Shown here piece after piece: positions 49,061 to 60,419 of a stretch of DNA of 64,000 bases (positions are counted from its first letter, which is position 1; every line of letters starts with the position of its first letter). The DNA is from Mobula hypostoma. Lineage: Eukaryota. The stretch is taken from positions 11,904,001-11,968,000 of the forward strand of contig NC_086109.1 in NCBI RefSeq assembly GCF_963921235.1. Reading direction: 5' to 3'. Below the pieces are notes generated by a model that was not told the DNA's origin, ran no database searches, and saw only the letters and a program-made list of their open reading frames with translations. The position numbers and the translations under genes are program-made.

Positions 49061-49529
49061 GCCCTCTACTTTCTATGAAGCTTCTATTTCTTTAATTCTT
49101 AAAAAGGATAAAGATCCTCCTGATTGTGCCTCATATAGACCTATTTCATTATTGAATGCCGATGCTAAGATTCTGTCAAAGATAATGGCCAATCGGTTGA
49201 AGAATATCTTGGGTAAAATTATTTTTAAAGATCAAATAGGCTTTATAAAGGGTCGTTATTCTTTTTCAAATGTTTGGAGGTTATTTAATATTGTATATTC
49301 GTCCTCTTTTAAAACTCCACAATGCGTCGTCTCTTTGGATGCTGAAAAAGCGTTCGATCGAGTCGAATGGAAATATTTATTTAATGTTTTAGAGAAATTT
49401 GGCTTTGGTGTTACTTTAAATAATTGGATTGGAATGATATATAAAACTCCTATTGCTACTGTTATTACTAATAACTGTAGGTCTCCTTTTTTCAGCTTTC
49501 ACGGGGGACAAGACAAGGTTGTCCATTAA

Positions 49530-51720
49530 CAACAGGAATTCTGCAGATGCTGGAAATTCAAGCAACACACATCAAAGTTGCTGGTGAACGCAGCAGGCCA
49601 GGCAGCATCTATAGGAAGAGGCGCAGTCGACGTTTCAGGCCGAGACCCTTCGTCAGGACTAACTGAAGGAAGAGTGAGTAAGGGATTTGAAAGCTGGAGG
49701 GGGAGGGGGAGATCCAAAATGATAGGAGAAGACAGGAGGGGGAGGGATGGAGCCGAGAGCTGGACAGGTGATAGGCAGAAGGGGATACGAGAGGATCATG
49801 GGACAGGAGGTCCGGGAAGAAAGACGGGGGGGGGTGACCCAGAGGATGGGCAAGAGGTATATTCAGAGGGACAGAGGGAGAAAAAGGAGAGTGAGAGAAA
49901 GAATGTGTGCATAAAAAAGAGTAACAGATGAGGTACGAGGGGGAGGTGGGGCCTAGCGGAAGTTAGAGAAGTCAATGTTCATGCCATCAGGTTGGAGGCT
50001 ACCCATACAGAATATAAGGTGTTGTTCCTCCAACCTGAGTGTGGCTTCATCTTTACAGTAGAGGAGGCCGTGGATAGACATGTCAGAATGGGAATGGGAT
50101 GTGGAATTAAAATGTGTGGCCACTGGGAGATCCTGCTTTCTCTGGCGGACAGAGCGTAGATGTTCAGCGAAGCGGTCTCCCAGTCTGCGTCGGGTCTCAC
50201 CAATATATAAAAGGCCACATCGGGAGCACCGGACGCAGTATATCACCCCAGTCGACTCACAGGTGAAGTGATGCCTCACCTGGAAGGACTGTTTGGGGCC
50301 CTGAATGTGGTAAGGGAGGAAGTGTAAAGGCATGTGTAGCACTTGTTCCGCTTACACGGATAAGTGCCAGGAGGGAGATCAGTGGGGAGGGATGGGGGGG
50401 ACGAATGGACAAGGGAGTTGTGTAGGGAGCGATCCCTGCGGAATGCAGAGAGAGGGGGGAGGGAAAGATATGCTTAGTGGTGGGATCCCGTTGGAGGTGG
50501 CGGAAGTTACGGAGAATAATATGTTGGACCCGGAGGCTGGTGGGGTGGTAGGTGAGGACCAGGGGAACCCTATTCCTAGTGGGGTGGTGGGAGGATGGAG
50601 TGAGAGCAGATGTACGTGAAATGGGGGAGATGCGTTTAAGAGCAGAGTTGATAGTGGAGGAAGGGAAGCCCCTTTCTTTAAAAAATGAAGACATCTCCCT
50701 CGTCCTAGAATGAAAAGCCTCATCCTGAGAGCAGATGCGGCGGAGACGGAGGAATTGCGAGAAGGGGATGGCGTTTTTGCAAGAGACAGGGTGAGAAGAG
50801 GAATAGTCCAGATAGCTGTGAGAGTCAGTAGGCTTATAGTAGACATCAGTGGATAAGCTGTCTCCAGAGACAGAGACAGAAAGATCTAGAAAGGGGAGGG
50901 AGGTGTCGGAAATGGACCAGGTAAACTTGAGGGCAGGGTGAAAGTTGGAGGCAAAGTTAATAAAGTCAACGAGTTCTGCATGCGTGCAGGAAGCAGCGCC
51001 AATGCAGTCGTCGATGTAGCGAAGGAAAAGTGGGGGACAGATACCAGAATAGGCACAGAACATAGATTGTTCCACAAACCCAACAAAAAGGCAGGCATAG
51101 CTAGGACCCATACGGGTACCCATAGCTACACCTTTAGTTTGGAGGAAATGGGAGGAGCAAAAGGAGAAATTATTAAGAGTAAGGACTAATTCTGCTAGAC
51201 GGAGCAGAGTGGTGGTAGAGGGGAACTGATTAGGTCTGGAATCCAAAAAGAAGCGTAGAGCTTTGAGACCTTCCTGATGGGGGATGGAAGTATATAGGGA
51301 CTGGACATCCATGGTGAAAATAAAGCGGTGGGGGCCAGGGAACTTAAAATCATCAAAAAGTTTAAGAGCGTGAGAAGTGTCACGAACATAGGTCGGAAGG
51401 GATTGAACAAGGGGTGATAAAACAGTGTCGAGGTATGCAGAAACGAGTTCGGTGGGGCAGGAGCAAGCTGAGACAATAGGTCGGCCAGGACAGGCAGGTT
51501 TGTGGATCTTGGGTAGGAGGTAGAAACGGGAAGTGCGGGGTGTGGGAACTATAAGGTTGGTAGCAGTGGATGGGAGATCCCCTGAGCGGATAAAGTCGTT
51601 GATAGTGTGGGAGACAATGGCCTGGTGCTCCTTAGTGGGGTCACGATCGAGGGGTAAATAAGAGGAGGTATCCGCGAGTTGTCGCTGTGCCTCGGCAAGG
51701 TAGAGGTCAGTACGCCAGAG
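49530..51720 (-). mobile_element. 5'-truncated Penelope-like element (RT + GIY-YIG) with 13-bp TSD
   Basis: RT ORF 50257-51312 (DVQSLYTSIP, GVAMG, RYIDD), GIY-YIG ORF 49953-50342 (VIYCVRC..YIGET). GGTTGTCCATTAA at 49517-49529 and 51721-51733. Confidence 0.95.
49625..49660 (-). ncRNA. Minimal type I hammerhead ribozyme
   Basis: AGUC-CUGACGA-AGG(GUCUCGG)CCU-GAAACGUC-GACU. Intact core, stem I AGUC/GACU, palindromic ACGU stem III. Confidence 0.8.
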
Positions 51721-53828
51721 GGTTGTCCATTAAGTCCTTTGCTATTTAATTTAATATTAGAACCCCTTGCTATTGCTGTTTGTGAAGCTAAAGATATTTA
51801 TGGGATTTTTGTAACTGAGACCATTCATAAGATTTCTCTTTACGCTGACGATTTACTGGTTTATATATCCAATCCCGAGGAATCTATTCTGCCTTGCTAA
51901 AATTAGTTAATGAATTTGGGGATCTTTCAGGATATAAAATATATTTTAGTAAAAGTGAACTGTTTCCTTTAAATAAATCTGTTTCTATATATGATAATAC
52001 TCCTTTCAAAGTCATGGATTCTTTTAGATATTTAGGTATTATAATCACTAAAAAATATAAGGATCTTTATAAAGCTAATTTTGTTCCCTTGGTAGATTCT
52101 ATGAAGTATTTATTTAGTAGATGGAGTCCACTTACATTTTCACTTGTTGGTTGCATCCATATAGTCAAAATGATGATTTTACCAAAGTTTTTATATTTAT
52201 TTCAGGATATCCCTGTTTTTTTGACTAAGAAGTTTTTTGATCAGATTGATTCTATTATTTTATCTTTTATTGGGAATAATAAAGGACCAAGAATTAGTAA
52301 ATGTCTCTTACAAAAGTTGAAAAAGGATGGAGGTCTCGAATTGCTTAATTTAAGAATGTATTACTGGGTTGTTAATGTGCGATGCATTTCCTTTTAGTTA
52401 CATTGGGTTGATAAGAACGATCAGACTTGGAATTGAAAGCTGTGAAACAGTTTTATTTAACCTCGTTATTGGGAGCTGCTTTACCTATACAATTAGCTAA
52501 AGTTGCTAATTTAAATTTATACCCTGTGATTAAGAATTCTTTACAAACTTGGCTCCAGTTCCGCAATTGTTTTAATCTTAAAAAATTTAAACTTTGTAGT
52601 TTAATTTATCAAAATTACTTTTTTAAGCCTTCTTTAAGTGATCCATTTTTTTTACTTTGGAAAAATAAATGTATTAATTCTTTTTTGGATTTATTTAAAG
52701 AAGATAGACTGATGTCTTTTGAACAATTAGTTGATAAATATTCTCTTTCAGACTCACACTTTCTACAATACCTTCAAGTTAGACATTTCTTACAAAAATA
52801 TTTAAGTAATTTTCCTTACATATTGGATGCTGACCTGTTAGATAATATTATGAGTATGAACCCTTCGATGAAGGGTTCCACTGGAAGAACTTATAATTTA
52901 CTATTACAATGGGATAAGCTTCCTTTATTTAAGACTAAATAAGATTGGGAAAAGGAACAATTTGACTTTTATTGCGGAGGATTGGACACAGATTCTGAAA
53001 CTGGTTAACTCTTCTTCGATCTGTGCTAGTCATTCACTGATTCAATTTAAAATTGTACATCGTTACCATTTGACGAAGGAGAGATTGTCTAAAATATTCC
53101 CTAATGTTGATAGTTATTGTGATAGATGTAAAACTGAGACAGCTATACTGAAACAACAAACAACAGGAATTCTGCAGATGCTGGAAATTCAAGCAGCACA
53201 CATCAAAGTTGCTGGTGAACGCAGCAGGCATTTAAAATTAATTTACAACCTAACAAATTAACTGTGCTTTTTGGAATGATTTCTCAAAATATCCGCGGTA
53301 TCTACTTCGTATTTGTCTGACCAACATGTTATTGCATTTGTTACATTGATAGCTAGGAGGGCCATTTTGTTGCAGTGGAAGGCTACATCGGCTCCCACTT
53401 TGTCACAATAGTTCTCTCAAGTGATGCTATGTCTTAGTTTGGAGAAAATTAGAAGTCGAACCTTTGAACCTATGTTTGATTTTGAGAAAAGATGGGGTTC
53501 ATTTGCTCGTTATTATCATTTGTGTTAATTGATAGATTTCTTACACAATCTAATTGTAAATCTTTGGTACTTTTTTTCTTGCTGGCAGTTTGATGTTTAT
53601 CTTTAGAAGTTTTTTGTATGACGCATGGCTCCGGGGTTGAACACCTAATGGTTTTTTTTTCCTTACCTTTTTCTTGCTTAGTAGGGGCTTTTTCCTCTTT
53701 TATTTTAATCACCAAAATTTTTTCAATCTTTAAAATAATGCTTTTTTTCTTGAGACATTGTAAGTGTTGCTTACTTCGATGTACTCTTGTTAATTTTGGG
53801 TAATAATAATAATAAAAAGTTTTGAAAA

Positions 53829-54776
53829 TGTGAGGGGATTCGAGAGTGCCCCTATTAACTGTTTGAAGAGAGACAGAGAGAGACATTTATCATTGATGGT
53901 TTGTTTGGAAAGGAGAGAGAGACAAAGATCGACAGTTGGACTGACACAGGAGTTAACTTTGGAGTTTTACTTTGGAGATAAAAACTGAGCAGCTCGAAGG
54001 TTGCTATGGTGATCAACAGGACATTATTGATGTCACCTCCAAGGACTTGTTGCCTGCTCGCATTCCTTTACAGACAAAGGAAGGAAGGACTCTTTGAATG
54101 ACAGGTGATGCTCAGCCCGGTGAGATAAATAGGTGGTCAGATGATACAGACCTCAGACACGTGATCTGGATACTGAACGAGCATTGTTGTGCCCTCAGAG
54201 AAAGTGGGTTTTGGAGGATCGATCAGGCGGATCGATCCAAATTGCTCTTCCAGTGAAGGAGAAGGGGTTGACTGGTGGGGAGTTGTCTATGTGTCCACCC
54301 TTGCCAGGGTGATAGCTCCACCACAGGAAAACCGGTCCCCCTTGTTAAGGTCACAGTCGGTGACTTGTGGAGGNNNNNNNNNNNNNNNNNNNNNNNNNNN
54401 NNNNNNNNNNNNNNNNNNNNNNNNNNNNNNNNNNNNNNNNNNNNNNNNNNNNNNNNNNNNNNNNNNNNNNNNNNNNNNNNNNNNNNNNNNNNNNNNNNNN
54501 NNNNNNNNNNNNNNNNNNNNNNNNNNNNNNNNNNNNNNNNNNNNNNNNNNNNNNNNNNNNNNNNNNNNNNNNNNNNNNNNNNNNNNNNNNNNNNNNNNNN
54601 NNNNNNNNNNNNNNNNNNNNNNNNNNNNNNNNNNNNNNNNNNNNNNNNNNNNNNNNNNNNNNNNNNNNNNNNNNNNNNNAACTGAACTTTACTCATCATC
54701 GTAAGACTGTATCTTTTACCCCTAGACTTAAAGAAGCTTGGTTTTCATACATATATTTCCACACTTACTGATTTAC

Positions 54777-54819
<43 letters not shown>

Positions 54820-54961
54820 CATTGCTAATCTGTGTGATTTATCTTCATTTATATTACTGTATTGCATAGTTACTAATAAATATTAGTTTATAGCAATGCT
54901 GGACTCCAATGTGGTTTCTATTTCTGCTGGTTTCTTTATCCCCATCACAGGGTACATAACA
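53829..54961 (+). mobile_element. Probable solo LTR spanning the assembly gap
   Basis: TG...CA ends with AAAA on both flanks, internal (TA)n and AATAAA. The low-complexity TSD and the gap limit certainty. Confidence 0.5.
54374..54679. other. Assembly gap (run of N)
   Basis: Undetermined bases. Confidence 1.
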
Positions 54962-55429
54962 AAAAGAAAGAAGTTTTTGGTGATGGATACTGAAGTGGTT
55001 CAAGGGTTTTCTTTAGTGTGTGATGAGGAGAGAAGAAACCTGTGAGAACCCATAAGTATATTGGACACATCGGCTTTTGGAAGATTTGAACTCCAAACTG
55101 TGCACATCTGAATTAATTATAATGGGCCATTGTTTCTTTTAATTAATCACTTTTTAGTTCAATTAACATTCATAAATATACATTCTTTGTCATTGTATGC
55201 AGCGTATAATCTGTTATTTCTTGCCAACGGACGATTGAATGGGTCAGTAAATTACACAGTATTCACACCAACTGGGGTTCACATGGGCGGGACATCCCAA
55301 CCTCAATGGTTTGGCAGGGCCCAAGTCTCTTCTACCCTAGACATACGGAACCTGGTAAAGGTGGTTTTCTCATGGCCGAGTTCGATAGCTGTTAGAGAGG
55401 GTCTAATGAGTTGCATCTCCAGACACGCC

Positions 55430-56236
55430 CAGTTCAAAGGGGTTTCAATAGTAACAGAAGAGCAGAAAGGATGCCATTGGGGTATGAAAAGATGTAAAGA
55501 ACAACTGATAATCAATTCCATGATTCTAAATCAAGCCCAATGGAAAAGCAGAAATCTTTCATCTTGCTACATTGACTACCATAAGGCATTTGACTTCATC
55601 ACACACTCATGGTTAATAGAAGTTTTAATGTACAAAAACCACACCACTCACTTGTGAAATTCCTGCAACATCTGATGTAGCATTGGCATACTGTAATCAC
55701 CCTATTAACAAACAAAAAAGGGACAGCCACTGTTTTCAAAGTAAACCAAGGCGACTCTCTAGATCCACTATGGTTATGTCTAGCTTTATGCCCACTCTCC
55801 AATTTACTGATTTGGATGGAAATTGGGTGTGAAATCAGAAACAATGAGATGAGCACACCTTAACACACCATTTATACATGGATAATTTGAAATTGTATGC
55901 TCCTTCAACAGTTAAGCTGAAGCAACTTATTCAAACAGTAGAATGATTTTTGAAAGATATAAACATGAATTTTGGATTGGATAAATGCAGAACACTAAAC
56001 ATTAAAAAATGTGCAAAAGAACTAATAGAATACAAAACAGAGCAGCAAGATACAATACAGCCAATCGATAAGTATGAAACGTAAGTATCTGGGATATCAA
56101 CAAGGAAAGTAAATTGATCATAGTGCGATAAAGGAAAAACTTCTGTCAGAATTTACTTCAAGACTTAAGGAAATCTGCCAAACAGAGCTCAACAGAAGAA
56201 ATATAACAAGGGCATTAAACACTTTTGCTTTACCTA
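55430..56236 (+). mobile_element. R4/Dong-like non-LTR RT relic (resumes at 60345 after the Tc1)
   Basis: EEQKGC..G...CKEQL and YIDYHKAFD...HSWL. The FALP | LMYSFGI motif is split by the Tc1 insertion. Confidence 0.75.
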
Positions 56237-56942
56237 CAGTGGCATGCAAAAGTTTGGGCACCCCAGTCAAAATTTCTGTTACTGTGAATAATTGAGTAGA
56301 AGAAGAACTGATCACCAAAAGTCATAAAGTTAAAGATGAAACATTCATTTCAACATTTTAAGCAAGATTAGTGTATTTTTTGTCCAATTTTAGAGTGGAA
56401 AAAAAGGAAAGGAGCACCATGCAAAAGTTTGGGCACCCCAAGAGATTTGAGCTCTCGGATAAATTTTACCAAGTTCTCAGACCTGCATTAGCTTGTTAGG
56501 GCTGTGGCTTGTTCACAATCATCATTAGGAAAGGCCAGGTTATGCAAATTTCAAAGCTTTATAAATACCCTGACTCCTCAAACCTTGTCCCAACAATCAG
56601 CAGCCATGGGCTCCTCTAAGCAGCTGCTTAGCACTCTGAAAATTAAAATAATTGATGCCCACAAAGCAGGAGAAGGCTGTAAGAAGATAGCAAAGTGTTT
56701 TCAGGTAGCTGTTTGCTCAGTTGGTAATGTAATTAAGAAATGGCAGTTAATAGGAATGGTAGAGGTCAAGTTGAGGTCTGGAAGACAAAGAAAACTTTCC
56801 GAGCGAACTGCTCATAAGATTGCTAGAAAGGCAAATCAAAACCCCTGTTTGACTGCAAAAGAAATTTAGGAAGATTTAGCAGACTCTGGAGTGGTGGTGC
56901 ACTGTAGTACTATGCAGCGACACCTGCACAAATATAACCTTC

Positions 56943-58641
56943 TGTCATGCTCCGGTCCGTGAAGTCTGCATTCCGGTTCATGGTCCGGTCCGTGGACTCA
57001 GGACTCCGGGTCTTCCAGCTGTCCCTCGTTTGAGTTAATCATAGGCACCTGATTCCCACCTTGGGCTTGGAATATAAGTAGCCTTAGGGTTGAGTTTGTG
57101 CTGCTGGTTTGTCTTGTCAGTCCCCCATGGAACAACCTGCTGATGGAAGGCTAGTGAAACGGTTTGTGATCTCTAGGCCTGATTGGAGGACCACCGCTTC
57201 ATGGAGCCTTTTTGCTACTCGTTGGAGTTGTCTTTGTGGTATGGATTTGGCTGTTTCCCAGGCCAGTTGAGTGGCTGCTAGCCACTCTGAACTAGGTAGG
57301 GATCCGGCTGTTTCCATAGCCAGCTGAGGTTGCTGGCTGAACTGAGACTCGGAGCTACTCCGAAGCAGAGATGGAACTGTCTGTTGTTCTTTGGTGTTTG
57401 TCTCTTCTTGTCCTCGCCTCTGTGGGGTAAGTCTGGCTGTTTTGCTGTTGTCCTGCGGGGGAATCTATCTTGTCTTCTCCTCACCTCCTTGGGGTAAGCC
57501 AGGCCGCTCTGCCATTGCCCTGCAGGGGAATCTGTCTTGTCTTGTCTTTGTCTCTGTTGGGTAAGTCTGGCCGTTCTGCCATTACCCAACATGTGGACCT
57601 GTCCCACCTTGGTGTGGAGATAAAGTTGAGTCCCAGCTCTATGTCAATGTTCTGTCCAGTCGCATGTTAGTGTCATGCTAAAGATGAGTTCCGGCTTTTC
57701 GAAGGATAAGTCCCGCTCTATGCTGATGTACAGTCTGTCTCTGAGCTCCAGCCTCCGAGTTATCAGCCTCTACATTCCGAGACCCCAGCCAGCAGCCAAG
57801 CTCAAGATCCCAGGCCCCAAGCCTCGAGGATCCCAAGCCAAGCTCCAAGACCCCAAGCCTCGAGGATCCCAAGCTCAAGAACCAAGATCCCAAGCCTCGA
57901 GGATCCCAAGCCAAGCTAAAGCACCCAAGCCTTGAGGATCCCAAGCCAAGCTCCAAGACCCCAAGCTTCAAGGATCCCAAGCTCAAGATCTAAGATCCCA
58001 AGCCTCGAGCATCCTAAGCCAAGCTAAAGAACCCAAGCCTTGAGGATCCCAAGCCAAGCTCCAAGACCCCAAGCCTTGAGGATCCCAATCCCAGCTCCAA
58101 GACCCCAAACCTCGAGGATCCTAAGCCAAGTTCCAAGACCCCAAGCCTCGAGGATCACAAGCTCAAGATCCCAAGCCTCAAGGATCCCAAGCCAAGCTCC
58201 AAAAACCCAAGCCTCAAGGATCGCAAGTCAGGCTCCAAGAACACAAGCCTGAAGTCCCCAGCCTGCAGCCAAGCTCAAGACCCAAGACCCCAGCCTCAGG
58301 CCTCAAGAGCAAAGACCCCAGCCCGTCTCCAATCTCCGGCCTCTAGACCCCAGCTCCATCCTGTCCTGAAGCCATGCCATGTCCTTGCCTGGTTCTGGGG
58401 TCTGAGCCTGAGGCAAGACCCAGGTTCTGGTTCCTTGTCCAGTCTGAGGCTCGGAGTCGAAGCCTTGTCTCCTAGTCCATGGTTTTGAGTCCTATTCCCA
58501 CTTTCCCTAGCCCAAGTCTGCATTCTTGTCCCTGCTCCTGGTCTGAATCCTGTCACATCCCTACTCTAGTCAAGTCCTGATCCTTGTACTTCAGTGTCTG
58601 TGTCTCGCATTTGGGTCCGTTCCCAGCACACCTCTGTGACA
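56943..58641 (+). mobile_element. 1.7-kb solo-LTR-like element with 5-bp TSD CCTTC
   Basis: TGTCA...TGACA termini, CCTTC at 56938-56942 and 58642-58646. Confidence 0.8.
57780..58330. repeat. Minisatellite (about 35-bp unit ccaagcctcgaggatcccaagccaagctccaagacc)
   Basis: More than a dozen imperfect tandem units visible inside the LTR-like element. Confidence 0.9.
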
Positions 58642-59048
58642 CCTTCATGGAAGAGTCATCAGAAGAAAACCTTTCCTGCATCCTGACCACAAAATTCATG
58701 GTGAGAACTTTGCAAAGGAACAACTAAACAAGCCTGATGCATTTTGAAAACAAGTCCTGTGGACTGATGAAGTTAAAATAGAACTTTTTGGCCGCAATAC
58801 GCAAAGGTATGTTTGGAGAAAAAAGGGTGCAGAATTTCATGAAAAGAACACCTCTTCAACTGTTAAGCACGGGAGTGGATCAATCATGCTTTGGGCTTGT
58901 GTTGCAGCTAGTGGCACAGGGAATATTTTCACTGGTAGAGGGAAGAATGAATTCAATTAAATACCAGCAAATTCTGGAAGCAAACATCACACCGTCTGTA
59001 AAAAAGCTGAAGATGAAAAGAGGATGGTTTTTACAACAGGATAATGAT

Positions 59049-59840
59049 AGAAACATAGAAACATAGAAAATAGGTGCAGGAGTAGGCCATTCAGCCCTTC
59101 GAGCCTGCACCGCCATTTATTATGATCATGGCTGATCATCCAACTCAGAACCCTGCTCCGGCCTTCCCTCCATACCCCCAGATCCCCGTAGCCACAAGGG
59201 CCATATCTAACTCCCTCTTAAATATAGCCAATGAACTGGCCTCAACTGTTTCCTGTGGCAGAGAATTCCACAGATTCACCATTCTCTGTGTGAAGAAGTT
59301 TTTCCTAATCTCGGTCCTAAAAGGCTTCCCCTTTATCCTCAGACTGTGACCCCTTGTTCTGGACTTCCCCAACATCGGGAACAATCTTCCTGCATCTAGC
59401 CTGTCCAATCCCTTTAGGATTTTATACGTTTCAATCAGATCCCCCCTCAATCTTCTAAATTCCAACGAGTACAAGCCCAGTTCATCCAGTCTTTCTTCAT
59501 ATGAAAGTCCTGCCATCCCAGGAATCAATCTGGTGAACCTTCTTTGTACTCCCTCTATGGCAAAGATGTCTTTCCTCAGATTAGGGGACCTAAACCGCAC
59601 ACAATACTCCAGGTGTGGTCTCACCAAGGCCTTGTACAACTGCAGTAGTACCTCCCTGCTCCTGTACTCGAATTCTCTCGCTATAAATGCCAGCATACCA
59701 TTCGCCTTTTTCACCGCCTGCTGTGCCTGCATGCCCACTTTCAATGACTGGTGTATAATGACACCCAGGTCTCGTTGCACCTCCCCTTTTCCTAATCGGC
59801 CACCATTCAGATAATAATCTGTTTTCCTATTTTTGCCACC
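59049..59840 (-). mobile_element. CR1 3' fragment nested in the Tc1
   Basis: Nearly identical by eye to about 5610-6390. Splits the transposase DND|PKHTSK motif. Confidence 0.93.
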
Positions 59841-60419
59841 TAAGCACACCTCAAAATCAAGATGGACTACCTTAAGAGGCGCAAGCTGAAAGGTTTTGCC
59901 ATGGCCCTCACAGTCACCCGACCAAAACATCATCGATGAATCTGTGGATAGACCTCAAAAGAGCAGTGCATGCAAGACGGCCCAAGAATCTTACAGAACT
60001 AGAAGCCTTTTGCGAGGAAGAATGGGGGAAAATCCCTCAAACAAGAATTGAAGGACACTTAGCTGGCTACAAAAAGCACTTACAAGCTGTGATACTTGCC
60101 AAAGGGGGTGTTACTAAGTACTGACCATGCAGGGTGCCAAAATTTTTGCTTCGGGCCCTTTTCCTTTTCTATTATTTTGAAACTGTAAAAGATGGAAATA
60201 AAAAAGTAATTTTGCTTAAAATATTAAAGAAACGTGTCATCTTTAACTTCATGCCTTTTGGAAATCAGGTCATCTTTTACTCACTTAGCTATTCACAATA
60301 ACAGAAATTTTGACCAGGGGTGCCCAAACTTTTGCATGCCACTGTATATTGATGTACTCGTTTGGCATAAATACAAGCCTGATTCAGTTTTAGAGTCGGA
60401 GCCCAGACTATACTGAGGA

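Larger units (their letters stand above)
46850..53825 (+). mobile_element. L1/Tx1-clade ORF2 interrupted by HERO-like and Penelope sequences
   Basis: Endonuclease 47079-47912 (SWNVRG, ETH, GGDFN, SDH), RT pieces 49060-49529 and 51721-52400, C-terminal part to about 53530, A-rich end near 53820. Confidence 0.9.
56237..60344 (+). mobile_element. Tc1/mariner transposon with long IR/DR-type TIRs, carrying two nested insertions
   Basis: TA|CAGTGGCATGCAAAAGTTTGGGCACCCC ... GGGGTGCCCAAACTTTTGCATGCCACTG|TA. Transposase from ATG 56606 with WTDE, QQDND.KHT and SPD.N.IENLW-like motifs. Premature TAG at 56869. Confidence 0.93.

Noticed and set aside
48627-49529. 300-aa ORF that looks like a novel N-terminus fused to RT
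   Set aside because: Chance read-through from antisense HERO sequence into L1 RT across an insertion junction.
54189-54771. ORFs containing X runs
   Set aside because: Artefacts of the N gap.
57675-58252. Repetitive-peptide ORFs and a CRISPR-like appearance
   Set aside because: These are tandem minisatellite units without unique spacers, there are no cas genes, and the context is eukaryotic.
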